Positions 19,498 through 29,047 are shown, numbered from the stretch's first letter. The stretch is 64,000 bases of DNA from Candidatus Micrarchaeia archaeon (GCA_038874595.1 JAVZCB010000001.1:96001-160000); one strand, 5' to 3'. Notes: a model not told the origin generated them from the sequence alone. Translations and numbers: made by a program.

Positions 19498-20481
19498 ATG
19501 GATCAACTTGTTCCCATAAAGATATCCTCGCTCAGGCACGGCCAGCAGGTTTCAGGCATATTTGCAGTAAAGATACGCAAAGCGCTCGGTACGTATACGA
19601 AAGGCCACCGGCTTGACCTGATACTTACGGATTCAAGTGGAGGAAGTATCCAATTTACGCTATGGGGCGGCTCTGGCGAAGATGCGCGTGCGCAGCTGCA
19701 GGCGCTGCTTGACTCGATACCTGAGGATGCAGTACTGCACATAACCGGCAAGGTTGACGATTATAACGGTGAATTGTACATAGCTGCAAATTCTATTGAT
19801 TCAGTGCGCGTGCTTAATGAAGGTGAGTTTCCGGCCGATGCGTTCATCCCGCCAGCACGGCGTGACATAAATGAGATGCGCACCGAGCTTGAAACCGCAA
19901 TAAAATCAATCCGAAACACGCACATCACATCAGTGCTCTTGCACATATTCACTAATGAATTTAAGGAGAAATTCTTGGTGCATCCCGCTGCGGTACAACA
20001 TCATCATAACCGTACAGGCGGGCTTGCAGAGCATACCCTTGAGGTTGTGCATATATGTGAGGAGCTGTGTAGGATTTATCCATCTCTTGACCGTGATCTT
20101 CTCATTGCGGGTGCATTGCTCCATGATATAGGCAAGACTAAGGAGATCACTGTAAGCCGCCGGATAAAGGCAGATTCGCAGAGCCAGCTGGTTGGGCATC
20201 TCATGTATACGGCACTTATGCTTTCGCAGGCGTTTGATGCATGTAATACACCAGAGCCGTTACGCTCCAAGCTGCTGCACCTCTCATTAAGCCACCACGG
20301 GAAAAATGATTACGGCTCACCTAAAGAGCCGATGTTTCCTGAAGCGGCAGCATTGCATTACGCTGATGAGACCAGCGCAATCGTGGCGGAAATGCTTGAT
20401 TTTGTCAGTGAGTACCGGGATATCACACTTGATGACACAATGTACTCCCGCACGCTGAGGAGAAACATCTATCTCAGGTAG
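19498..20481 (+). CDS. YhaM/Cbf1-like 3'-5' exonuclease (OB plus HD domains)
   Basis: HPAAVQHHH...GGLAEHT, LLHDIGK, SHHG, LHYAD. Confidence 0.9.
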   Translation: MDQLVPIKISSLRHGQQVSGIFAVKIRKALGTYTKGHRLDLILTDSSGGSIQFTLWGGSGEDARAQLQALLDSIPEDAVLHITGKVDDYNGELYIAANSIDSVRVLNEGEFPADAFIPPARRDINEMRTELETAIKSIRNTHITSVLLHIFTNEFKEKFLVHPAAVQHHHNRTGGLAEHTLEVVHICEELCRIYPSLDRDLLIAGALLHDIGKTKEITVSRRIKADSQSQLVGHLMYTALMLSQAFDACNTPEPLRSKLLHLSLSHHGKNDYGSPKEPMFPEAAALHYADETSAIVAEMLDFVSEYRDITLDDTMYSRTLRRNIYLR

Positions 20482-20535
20482 CCTCAGAGAAGCGTACATA
20501 TTATGCTTTTATATGTTGGCTGCCTACTATAAAAT

Positions 20536-20591
20536 GGCGATGAAGCTCGCCGGCACAAAAGCGAACCGCCAAAGTTGGCTGATAGCTTCTG
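20536..20591 (+). promoter_or_regulatory. Fluoride (crcB) riboswitch
   Basis: GGCGAUGAAGCUCGCC...AACCGCC-aaaguu-GGCUGAUAGCUUCU: stem GGCGA/UCGCC, pseudoknot GAAGCU/AGCUUC, conserved GAUG and CUGAU; TATA-like ttttatat at 20507-20514. Confidence 0.87.
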
Positions 20592-20612
20592 GTTTTACAC
20601 GAAGGTGGTTTT

Positions 20613-20765
20613 ATGGTGTACTTTTGCCCATATTGTAACATGAGTAACGGGCTAACCTCGGTTCTCACTGAGGATGCACAGTCAGGTGAGCTGGTATGCA
20701 AGTACGATTCACAGCACAGGTTCACAGTCGGGCGTGACGGGTTCCTAAAAGTGGTTAACAAGTAG
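20613..20765 (+). CDS. 50-aa putative Zn-binding microprotein (CPYC...C-x5-H), not in ORF track
   Basis: MVYFCPYCNMSNGLTSVLTEDAQSGELVCKYDSQHRFTVGRDGFLKVVNK*, RBS AAGGTGG. Confidence 0.8.
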   Translation: MVYFCPYCNMSNGLTSVLTEDAQSGELVCKYDSQHRFTVGRDGFLKVVNK

Positions 20766-20818
20766 TTTGTGTATCCTGTCCAGCACAGTAAAATCAATAT
20801 ACAGTCTGGTGGTGCAGT

Positions 20819-22570
20819 TTGGTGATGGACGCTGGAAGATTTGAATCACTTGGTAGTGAGATTCTCAGCGTTATCGATACGCTTAAGCAGTATAGCGGGG
20901 CACCTGAGAAACGGCTTGGCCAGATTGCCGAAAACATCAGGTGTGGCTCGTTTACACTTGCAGTTGCTGGGCAATTCAAGCGTGGCAAGACGACACTCAT
21001 AAACGCGCTTTTAGGTATGGGCTTGTTGCCTACGGGAGTGGTGCCGCTTACATCGATAGTGACCTATGTCCGGTATTCCCCGGAAATTAAGGCGCGTGTG
21101 AAGTTGGCTGGTGGTGAGGAGAAAGCAATTGCTATCGATGAGATAAGCCAATATGTAACAGAGAAGCATAATCCCAAGAATATCAAAGGCGTTCAGGAAG
21201 TTGATGTTTGGGTGCCCTCAGCATTCCTTAGGAATGGTGTGGTGATTGTAGACACACCGGGTATTGGGTCAACGCACGCGCATAACACAGAGGTGACGCG
21301 CCGGTTTCTTCCTGAAGCAGATGCGGTTATATTTGTGCTTTCAGGAGACCCGCCAATAACCGAATCCGAGTGCAGGTTTCTTGAGGAGAGTGCAAAGTAT
21401 GCATCAAAATTCTTTTTTGTGCTGAACAAAATTGATTATTACGAGGAGCACGAGGTTGCAGAACTTGCAGAGTTTAATCGTGGCGTGCTTGCATCCAGGC
21501 TTGGTGTGAGGCAGGATGATGTGCGCTTGTACCCACTGTCAGCAAAACGCTCACTTGGCAGGAAGCTAGCTGGTTTAACTCATGAAAATGACGGACTTAC
21601 AGAGTTTGAGAATGCACTTGCGGAATATATTTCTTCAAACAAGGGCGTGCTCATACTGCAGTCTGCCATGTCAAAGTTGAGATATTTTACGGATGAGCTT
21701 ATAAACCAGCGCCAGATAGAAAGAAGCAGTCTTTCAGCATCAGCGGCACAGTTAGAGGAGCGTGTTAAAAAATTTGATGCTGAGCTGAAACGTATCCTGT
21801 CCAAGAAGGAATACATGGGTGATTTTGTCGCAGTTGAGCAAAAGAAGATAATGTCTATTATTGATGATGATATTAATGAACTGAAACGCGCTGTAACAGC
21901 ATCACTTGAGCAGCAGATAGTTGAGTTTGCTCAATCCCTCAAGACCACTGACAATTATAAGTATGCAGTTGAAGTTGAGGAATATTCCAACGACCATATC
22001 TTGGATGTGCTGGAGCCGTGGCGCACAAAAGAGGAGGAGAAGGTTGCCGGGATTTATGCTGAGAAGATGAATAAATATTCTGGAGAGATAAACGCAATAA
22101 TTGAGGAAGTTGAGAAGACTGCATCTGGCCTGTTTGATGTTAAGATAGAAAGCAGGAAAACAGAGGAGAAGTTTACGCTCGAAAGTGCGTTTTATTTCAA
22201 GCTTGGGAGGATTGAGGAGGGTACCGGGCTGTCAATGCTTGAGATGGTGCTTCCGCACCCATTATTCAGGAAAAAGCTTCTTGCCAACCTGCCTGATTAT
22301 ATACGTGAAGACCTTGACAGAAACTGTGGCAGGGTACGGTATGACTTTTATGAGCGCATACAAAAGAGCTCGCTTGTGTTTATTGAGATGCTTGATGATA
22401 AAGTGGATGCGGCAATTAATGGTATACGCAGTGCTAGTGAGAATGCACTCAAGCTGCGCGCGCAGGGAAACGAGAAGGTACGCGAGCGCATAGCCCAGCT
22501 TGATACAGAGTTAAGCCACCTGCGCAGGTTGCAGGACCGTCTTGCATCAATCAATCCGCACGTAGTGTGA
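20819..22570 (+). CDS. Dynamin-like GTPase (bacterial DLP type)
   Basis: G1 GQFKRGKT, G2 LPTGVVPLT, G3 DTPG, G4 NKID, long helical stalk. Confidence 0.92.
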   Translation: MVMDAGRFESLGSEILSVIDTLKQYSGAPEKRLGQIAENIRCGSFTLAVAGQFKRGKTTLINALLGMGLLPTGVVPLTSIVTYVRYSPEIKARVKLAGGEEKAIAIDEISQYVTEKHNPKNIKGVQEVDVWVPSAFLRNGVVIVDTPGIGSTHAHNTEVTRRFLPEADAVIFVLSGDPPITESECRFLEESAKYASKFFFVLNKIDYYEEHEVAELAEFNRGVLASRLGVRQDDVRLYPLSAKRSLGRKLAGLTHENDGLTEFENALAEYISSNKGVLILQSAMSKLRYFTDELINQRQIERSSLSASAAQLEERVKKFDAELKRILSKKEYMGDFVAVEQKKIMSIIDDDINELKRAVTASLEQQIVEFAQSLKTTDNYKYAVEVEEYSNDHILDVLEPWRTKEEEKVAGIYAEKMNKYSGEINAIIEEVEKTASGLFDVKIESRKTEEKFTLESAFYFKLGRIEEGTGLSMLEMVLPHPLFRKKLLANLPDYIREDLDRNCGRVRYDFYERIQKSSLVFIEMLDDKVDAAINGIRSASENALKLRAQGNEKVRERIAQLDTELSHLRRLQDRLASINPHVV

Positions 22571-22575
22571 TATGA

Positions 22576-22785
22576 ATGGGTGATGCTTTATTGCCATTAT
22601 TTCCAATCGCAATAATTTTTCTTGTCCTGCTTGGTGTAATGGTATTTTTGCGCACATATATCCATTTTCCAAGGATGGCGTGGCCAGAAAGAGTTATGCT
22701 CGCGTTCAGGAACGCTTTCTATATGGTACTCTTGATAATCATCCTGTGTATCATTTTTCTTATTTTGGTCCCTTACCTGGTTTAG
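22576..22785 (+). CDS. Small two-TM membrane protein
   Basis: Two hydrophobic helices; starts 5 nt after the dynamin stop. Confidence 0.65.
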   Translation: MGDALLPLFPIAIIFLVLLGVMVFLRTYIHFPRMAWPERVMLAFRNAFYMVLLIIILCIIFLILVPYLV

Positions 22786-23059
22786 GGCATTTCTTATTAT
22801 AACCTAGCGCTTCAAGTATAGCATATACGCGCTTGTTCCTTATTTCATAAAATACTCGCCGCCCCATTCTTTTAGATGATATAACACCAAGCCTCTCAAG
22901 CTTTTTGAGCTGTAATGAAACAGTAGGTTGGGCCTTTTTAACCTGTGGGAATATCTTACATACGCATAGTTTTCCGTTGAGTAGCAGCTCTACTATTCTG
23001 AACCGCGTATCATCGGCAAGTGCCTTAACGAGCTTGATAGCATCTTCTCTTGTGCGCAT
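22760..23059 (-). CDS. arsR: ArsR/SmtB family regulator
   Basis: KALADDTRFRIVELL...LCVC...QPTVSLQLKKL. Confidence 0.9.
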   Translation of the reverse strand: MRTREDAIKLVKALADDTRFRIVELLLNGKLCVCKIFPQVKKAQPTVSLQLKKLERLGVISSKRMGRRVFYEIRNKRVYAILEALGYNKKCPKPGKGPK

Positions 23060-23119
23060 ATGACATATTTATGTTTGTAAATATATAAATGTTTGTGTGC
23101 AAATATATACTGTGATATT

Positions 23120-23362
23120 ATGAAAATTCAAGTGCTTGGTGGCGGATGCCCAAAGTGTAAGATGGTTGAGGAAAATGTGCACAAGGCACTCAGCCAGCTA
23201 GGTATCGAGGCTGACATAGTTAAGGTTAAGGATATAAACGAGATTGTTGGGTTTGGGGTGATGTCCACACCAGCTCTTGCGATCAACGGGAAGGTTAAGG
23301 TGGCAGGCAGGATACCTGATGTTAATGAGATTATGAAATGGATTAAAGAGGCAAACGAATAG
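23120..23362 (+). CDS. MTH895/ArsE-type small thioredoxin-like protein
   Basis: IQVLGGGCPKC...GVMSTPALAING. Confidence 0.92.
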   Translation: MKIQVLGGGCPKCKMVEENVHKALSQLGIEADIVKVKDINEIVGFGVMSTPALAINGKVKVAGRIPDVNEIMKWIKEANE

Positions 23363-23410
23363 CCTACCGGTTTCTGGTGGCCAACCTGGTTTGAGTATAA
23401 AGTGGTATTT

Positions 23411-24529
23411 ATGGAGAAAGAAGATTATGTACAGCTTGCAGTAATCGTTGGCGTGTTCCTTCTGTTTTACCTGCTTCCGCCAGATGCGGATTGGCTCAAC
23501 AAATCAGTTCAGAGCGGTTTGGTGTTGCTTAGTGAATACGCAAAACAGCACGTCCTTACCTGCCTTGTCCCAGCACTTTTTATTGCTGGTGCGATTTCCG
23601 TGTTCATAAAAAAAGATAAAATCCTGAAATATCTTGGTGCGGAAGCAAACCTGGCTTTCTCATATCTGATTGCATCTGTTACAGGCGCAATACTTGCAGT
23701 ATGCTCGTGCACAATATTACCATTGTTTGCCGGGATACGGAAGAGAGGCGCCGGGCTGGGCCCCGCAGTTACGTTCTTGTTTGCTGGTCCGGCAATCAAT
23801 ATTGCAGCCATCTTTCTCACATTTTCAGTGCTCGGGGTATGGATTGGCCTTGGGCGTGCGGTCGCATCAATAGTGCTTTCCATAATCATAGGGCTAACGA
23901 TGGCGGTTCTGTTTAAAGAGGAAACAGAGAAGGGGAAACTCTTTATTGAGGAGAACGAGGAGGCAAGGGTTTCTGATAAAGTGCTTTTGCTATTCTTTGG
24001 TTTTTTGGTAGGTATACTGGTTGTGAACGGATTACAAATGGAGCAACTCACAAAATATCTGATTATTGGCCTGTTCACGCTTGCAGTTGTAGTGCTGGTC
24101 TTACTTAAATTCAGGGATAATACTCGTGCCAAATGGCTTAGCGAAACATGGTCATTCTCAAAATCAATACTCCCGATGCTTTTTATAGGGGTATTTATTG
24201 CAGGGTTTATAATGCCTTTAATCCCAGAACAGCTGGTAGTGCAGCTTGTTGGCAAGAACTCCATTGAAGGCAACCTGGTCGCATCTGTGTTTGGTGCAGT
24301 GATGTATTTCTCAACACTTACAGAAATACCTATATTACAGGTGCTTATTGCAAAAGGTATGAATACCGGGCCGGCACTTGCACTACTGCTTGCAGGCCCT
24401 TCTTTGAGCTTGCCAAATATGTTAGTTATAAGGGGAATTCTTGGGACAAGAAAGGCCCTCGCATATATCGTGCTTGTTGTGGTATACTCTACAATTGCAG
24501 GGTATATGTTTGGTGCACTGATGGCTTAA
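23411..24529 (+). CDS. ArsP/DUF318 family permease
   Basis: HVLTCLVPA, LAVCSCTILPLF, MYFSTLTE, GPSLSLP. Confidence 0.88.
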   Translation: MEKEDYVQLAVIVGVFLLFYLLPPDADWLNKSVQSGLVLLSEYAKQHVLTCLVPALFIAGAISVFIKKDKILKYLGAEANLAFSYLIASVTGAILAVCSCTILPLFAGIRKRGAGLGPAVTFLFAGPAINIAAIFLTFSVLGVWIGLGRAVASIVLSIIIGLTMAVLFKEETEKGKLFIEENEEARVSDKVLLLFFGFLVGILVVNGLQMEQLTKYLIIGLFTLAVVVLVLLKFRDNTRAKWLSETWSFSKSILPMLFIGVFIAGFIMPLIPEQLVVQLVGKNSIEGNLVASVFGAVMYFSTLTEIPILQVLIAKGMNTGPALALLLAGPSLSLPNMLVIRGILGTRKALAYIVLVVVYSTIAGYMFGALMA

Positions 24530-24595
24530 TCGTAAAGCAGTTGGTATTTTTGTACCAACAGTGGGTATATACAAAAAATGAATCGCTTTTGTATT

Positions 24596-25438
24596 TTATA
24601 TGCCGCCAAGGATGTATGCAACTATGCCTAGCATCAGTGAATATAATGAAATCTTCCTACCAATCTCCTGTTTTTCCCTGCTACCGTAAGATAGATATGC
24701 TGCATAAAAAAGCCCAATAACAGAGCCGAGTGCCGGGATTACGTATGCATAGTTATTTTTTAATGGTGGAACTGCAAAGAAGAGGTAAAGCGCAATCGCA
24801 GATGCTATTATTATAAGAAATACCGATAGGTGCAATGACGCCTGCGTGCCGATGAGCACCGGCAATGTTTTTGAGTGCCTGGCTTTTATGTCACCTTCAA
24901 TATCCTGCACAGTTTTTTGTAGTTCTCTCCCGAGCCCAGATAGGAATGAAGTTGCACATATCATTAATGTGAGCTGTGAAACAGTACCCGCAAGTGCAAC
25001 CTCGGTGAAAATGAACACTATTGCCATTGATGATGCGATGATTACGTTTCCCACGAGTGCAGTATCCTTGAGCTTCCAGTCATATAACACCGAAAGTGCC
25101 GCAAAGGCCACGGCTATAGCAAACGCAGGGATGCCAAGGGGATAAGCGCACGCAATACCCACCAGCAAAAGCAGTATGGCTATCCTTAACGCATCCCCTT
25201 TGCTAATCTCATCCCTTACAATCGGCCTATCTTTCTTGTTTATTTTATCGCTTTCAGCATCAAAGTAATCATTGAGTGCAAACGCACCTGCTGAAATAAG
25301 AAACGGGCACAGGAAAAGCAATGCTAACTGGGCGGGTGTGGCGTTAAGATCCAGAAGAAGGATTGCTACAACCACACCGAGCATGAGCATTATTGAGTGC
25401 TCAATCCTTACCAGTTCAGTAATTGCTTTCAATCGCAT
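24596..25438 (-). CDS. UbiA prenyltransferase, probable digeranylgeranylglyceryl phosphate synthase
   Basis: NDYFDAESDKINKKDRPI, RELQKTVQDIEGD. Confidence 0.85.
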   Translation of the reverse strand: MRLKAITELVRIEHSIMLMLGVVVAILLLDLNATPAQLALLFLCPFLISAGAFALNDYFDAESDKINKKDRPIVRDEISKGDALRIAILLLLVGIACAYPLGIPAFAIAVAFAALSVLYDWKLKDTALVGNVIIASSMAIVFIFTEVALAGTVSQLTLMICATSFLSGLGRELQKTVQDIEGDIKARHSKTLPVLIGTQASLHLSVFLIIIASAIALYLFFAVPPLKNNYAYVIPALGSVIGLFYAAYLSYGSREKQEIGRKISLYSLMLGIVAYILGGI

Positions 25439-25516
25439 ATATAGTAATACCTCATAACAAATAAGTGTATTAACATTTATATGCAGTTTATGATACTTTA
25501 CAGCTAAAGAGGCGTT

Positions 25517-25966
25517 ATGAAAGCAAATCTTTTTTGTTTATCCTACTCGTTAGTGGTTTGGTATGGAAGTGATTGCAAATCATGTAATATTGCGTGCTGC
25601 AGGAGTGCCGGCTGGGAAGTATCATATGAGAATGGATACTCAAAATGCTCCGGATATGGCACTGAGAGCCAGGATAAGTATTATTCCCGTGTAAGCTCAG
25701 ACTGTTATTACAAGGCATTAAATTGCATTTGGGCCTACACGTGTGCAACAAAGCATATACAATGCATAAGCAAGTGCGATGGGGAGATTGGCAGTGGAGT
25801 TGCAAGCTGTTATGATGCATTCGATAGTGATACCGACCAGTGTGTAGCATCATCAAGGTCCAATAGCAACACGCCTTCCGGCAGTGGCGGCTGCTGTGCT
25901 GGTTTTATAGGGCTGGTGATGATCCCATTGCGGTTCCTTACCGGAATGAAGCTTTCAAGAAGATAA
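25517..25966 (+). CDS. Cys-rich putative surface protein with C-terminal Cys-Cys plus hydrophobic and basic tail
   Basis: Many Cys, Ser/Gly linker, GGCCAGFIGLVMIPLRF...KLSRR; start uncertain. Confidence 0.65.
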   Translation: MKANLFCLSYSLVVWYGSDCKSCNIACCRSAGWEVSYENGYSKCSGYGTESQDKYYSRVSSDCYYKALNCIWAYTCATKHIQCISKCDGEIGSGVASCYDAFDSDTDQCVASSRSNSNTPSGSGGCCAGFIGLVMIPLRFLTGMKLSRR

Positions 25967-26042
25967 CAAATGCCTTTTCCCTTTTTAATTATATTTATAA
26001 AATATCTCCAGTTCAAAATAATCCATTATCAGGTGATGTTTA

Positions 26043-26210
26043 ATGGCAAAGTTTCCGGAAGCTGAAGCTGCACTCTCAAGTGTAAAAGTATGCAAAAAAT
26101 GTAAAGCGCGCAACCCCAAGTCTGCAATCAAGTGCAGGAAATGCGGGTATAAGGCGCTCAGGCCAAAGAAGAAAGGTAAGGCCGCAAAAGGCGGTGGTGC
26201 AGCAAAGTAA
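26043..26210 (+). CDS. rpl40e: 50S ribosomal protein L40e (not in ORF track)
   Basis: [44 protein letters not shown]. Confidence 0.96.
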   Translation: MAKFPEAEAALSSVKVCKKCKARNPKSAIKCRKCGYKALRPKKKGKAAKGGGAAK

Positions 26211-26395
26211 AGCACCTGCCAATCTTTTTAATTTATTCATTTTTATCATATGGGTTTTGCGATAGCAAAACTGCCTGGGTTTGTAAAGAGGCGGATGCGC
26301 CCTTACACAGGGTGGTGGTCAGATCACGGGGGCACCTGTGTTGTGATAACACACAAAGTTGTAAAGCAATTCAAGCCCCCGCTCGTGTTCCACTC

Positions 26396-26596
26396 GCAGG
26401 GGTGGCGGAGCCCGGCCAAACGCGCAGGACTTAAGGCACTGATGGGGAACCAGCGGTTCCCCTCGTGTGGTCTACACCCCTCCTTTACGGAGGGCGTGTG
26501 GCACATAACGTCTTAAGTTATGACCTCTGAAAAGAGGGATGATATAAGAAATCCTGTGGCCTAGCGCCTACGTGAGTTCAAATCTCACCCCCTGCA
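26396..26596 (+). tRNA. tRNA-Leu(TAA) with 115-nt intron at 37/38 (26436-26550)
   Basis: Acceptor GCAGGGG/CCCCTGC, anticodon arm CAGGA-CTTAAG^A-TCCTG, long variable arm, GTTCAAATC; intron 3' TAAG pairs with CTTA (32-35). Confidence 0.93.
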
Positions 26597-26689
26597 CTAA
26601 AACCACATCTCTAAGCACAAGCCTATTCCGCATTATCACGCCGAATTTGGCGCGAACCACAATAAGTAGTTCACAGCATTTTGATTTAT

Positions 26690-27195
26690 GCATCTCTAGT
26701 ACTATGATTATGGTAGAGTGCGCAAGGAAGCTGAATATCAGGACCCTGTTTCTAGAAAAACCGCCTCTTACCAGCACACCGAAAATGCCGACTGCTGCGG
26801 TAATTCATGGGCGATTATTGCGACTATTGTGGCAATGCCCAATGCTGTACTTACAAAAAAGTTGCTGCAAGCACAAGGCCTCTAAGAAAATTATGCAATC
26901 CCCACTTACCAGGATCGCGAAGGAGAATGAACATCGCATTTAAATCTATGTCAATGGAAGTAAGATTCAAGAAGATGAAAAGTATGAAATCCGCAAGCGT
27001 CAGTGTAAATGCCTGCCCAGCATTGATTTTTTCAAGCGATTCGGGTAACAGATGAAAGAATTCGGCTCCAAGCAGGCTGCCGGCAGCGAACGCCATCAGT
27101 ACATTTGCGATTTTGTTGAGGTCATGCCGGCTGAGCTACAGCGAGAATATGCCAACGAGGCCGAGCAGGGAATCAGCAATGGCCGAGACGGTTAT
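26690..27195 (-). pseudogene. ZIP family metal transporter pseudogene
   Basis: Fragments FAAGSLLGAEFFHLLPES, GLHNF, AIIAHELPQ, GVLVRGGFSR in different frames plus an internal stop; ends approximate. Confidence 0.85.
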
Positions 27196-27289
27196 CTATA
27201 AAAATGCATCTGCTGTGCCATCTAATAAAACCAAGTATGTTTAAATCATTTGCCCATGAGCTTTCTCGCATTTTTGTTAAACATTTTCC

Positions 27290-27634
27290 CGGTTTTTCTT
27301 ACCATTTCCAGCAATCCGCTATCGCTCGCTCTTTCTCTGCTCTCATACAGCTTGTTCTTTTCCGCATGGACGTATATCATTGTTGTCTGCAGGGTGGTAT
27401 GGCGTGCAAATTGGGAGCCAGTATGACATTCCAGTCATTTCTGCGGCAGAAGTTGGTAATGGCGTAATGCCTTAGGGAATGCGGCGAAAGCCGGTACAGC
27501 GGCTTTGGTTTTCTATCTGCGCCATAGCCGTAAACCTCATTCAGCTTCGCTTTCTTGATATATCCGTGGAAAGGAGAGCTTGCTGTTTCGCTTGTGATAT
27601 GCGGCTCGGTATCATAACTGAAAACGCAAAGCAA
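27290..27634 (-). pseudogene. Tyrosine recombinase/integrase C-terminal remnant
   Basis: SPHSLRHYAIT, then after a frameshift QFARHTTLQTTMIYVH (catalytic H-R-H-Y); N-terminal part missing; ends approximate. Confidence 0.85.
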
Positions 27635-28816
27635 TCATCTCAAAAGCTGCGGGGCGAACAGCAGCATCAGGCCAAGCACGACCATAATTATCCCTCCGAT
27701 AAGCTTGCAGTATTTCGCGTATTTTTCCCCGACACTGCTGCTTATGGCAAGGCCGGCCAAGCCGAATATTATAAGGTCGTCCATCATAAAGAAAATATCA
27801 TAGAGAAGTATGTATGCGTATCTTTCTACGACGCCGATGGCCTTCAATGCCAAGACCTGCGTAAAGACGGCGGGAATTGCGGACGAGCATACAAATTCGA
27901 CCGAATTGACGACGAATGCAAGCGCCACTATGGATATGAGTATCCCGATGGACAGCGGCTGTGATATGATATGCTGGATTTTGCTCTCGGTTTTACTGTG
28001 GTTTTCCTCGCCCCCGACTTTGCACGCGAGTGCGCCCTTGGTAGTGAGGTACTCCTTCAGGCTCAGCACACCGCCTCCAAGCGCGACAATACCTATCAGG
28101 ATAGTGACCGGTCGCAGATAGCCGATTATGAGAAATGCGTTAAGCCACGCGGTCATAAAGAGGAAGTAGAGCACCCCTGAAGCAAAGAGAAAGCTCCCGA
28201 TTATCAGCCAGAACCTCCTCTTGTCGTCCACGTTCAAAAGTAAGCCTATCAGGTAAACGAGAACCCACATAGCGCAGGGATTGAAGCCATCCACAAGGCC
28301 GAGCGTGATCGCCAGCACTGGAAGAGAGACGGACATCAGGTCGGTGCGGCCTAAAAACGGCAGGTCAAATTCGGTGACTACAGCGGCACTTTCCCCTGCA
28401 GCACAGTTTGGCTGGCAGTACTGAATGGCTGCAATCAGCTCTTCTTTCGAGTGCACCCCGACCAGTGCTTTTTTCCCAACGAATGTTGTCGGAACCCAAA
28501 GGCTGGAGGTGTCCAGCCCGGATTCTGCGGCAAGCCGGTAAAACAGCTCGATTCCCTCCGGTGTCGATGCATCATGGAACAGGAATGAAACATTTTCCAT
28601 TTCTTGCGCAAGCTCGTTTATTATCAGCTTTTGCTCCGCGCAGTGCGGGCAGGTCGGCAGGTAGAATACATGAACCGTGAATTTTTCTTCCTGTAGCGGC
28701 TGTTCCCCAGCTCCGCTGAAGAAAACTGCTAGCCCCAGCACGAGCAGCACTGCCACCAAGTATAAGTTGAATTTTTCTTTCAAAAATTCCTGCATTGACT
28801 CTATAATATTTACCAT
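27635..28816 (-). CDS. Glutaredoxin-like domain (CPHC) fused to a multi-TM redox membrane domain
   Basis: TCPHC; GLVDGFNPCAMWVL; VEFVCSSAIP. Confidence 0.85.
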   Translation of the reverse strand: MVNIIESMQEFLKEKFNLYLVAVLLVLGLAVFFSGAGEQPLQEEKFTVHVFYLPTCPHCAEQKLIINELAQEMENVSFLFHDASTPEGIELFYRLAAESGLDTSSLWVPTTFVGKKALVGVHSKEELIAAIQYCQPNCAAGESAAVVTEFDLPFLGRTDLMSVSLPVLAITLGLVDGFNPCAMWVLVYLIGLLLNVDDKRRFWLIIGSFLFASGVLYFLFMTAWLNAFLIIGYLRPVTILIGIVALGGGVLSLKEYLTTKGALACKVGGEENHSKTESKIQHIISQPLSIGILISIVALAFVVNSVEFVCSSAIPAVFTQVLALKAIGVVERYAYILLYDIFFMMDDLIIFGLAGLAISSSVGEKYAKYCKLIGGIIMVVLGLMLLFAPQLLR

Positions 28817-29047
28817 TTACATCCCCAGTAATTCCTTTATCTTTTTGATATCGTAGCCTATAACAAAGTTTCCGTTTATTTCCGTCACCGGCACGCTTCT
28901 GACTCCTGTTTTTTCAGATACGCGCTTTGCCGCATCAGGATTTTTTGAAATGTCCACTTCTTCGAATTTTATATTGTTCTGCTTAAGGAAATTCTTGACC
29001 AGCACGCAATATGGGCAACCGGGTGCAGTGTATAGAATCACTTCCAT
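28817..29047 (-). CDS. Glutaredoxin-like protein (NrdH/YruB type)
   Basis: LYTAPGCPYC...TGVRSVPV. Confidence 0.93.
   Translation of the reverse strand: MEVILYTAPGCPYCVLVKNFLKQNNIKFEEVDISKNPDAAKRVSEKTGVRSVPVTEINGNFVIGYDIKKIKELLGM

Noticed and set aside
22576-22785. Fluc/CrcB fluoride channel downstream of the riboswitch
   Set aside because: Only 69 aa with two TMs and no GxxxR or GxxGxxTTFS motifs
26253-26395. 5S rRNA, SRP RNA or RNase P RNA
   Set aside because: Only partial resemblance to 5S; the loop C consensus and helices IV-V are absent; no SRP helix 8 or RNase P GAGGAAAGUCC motif
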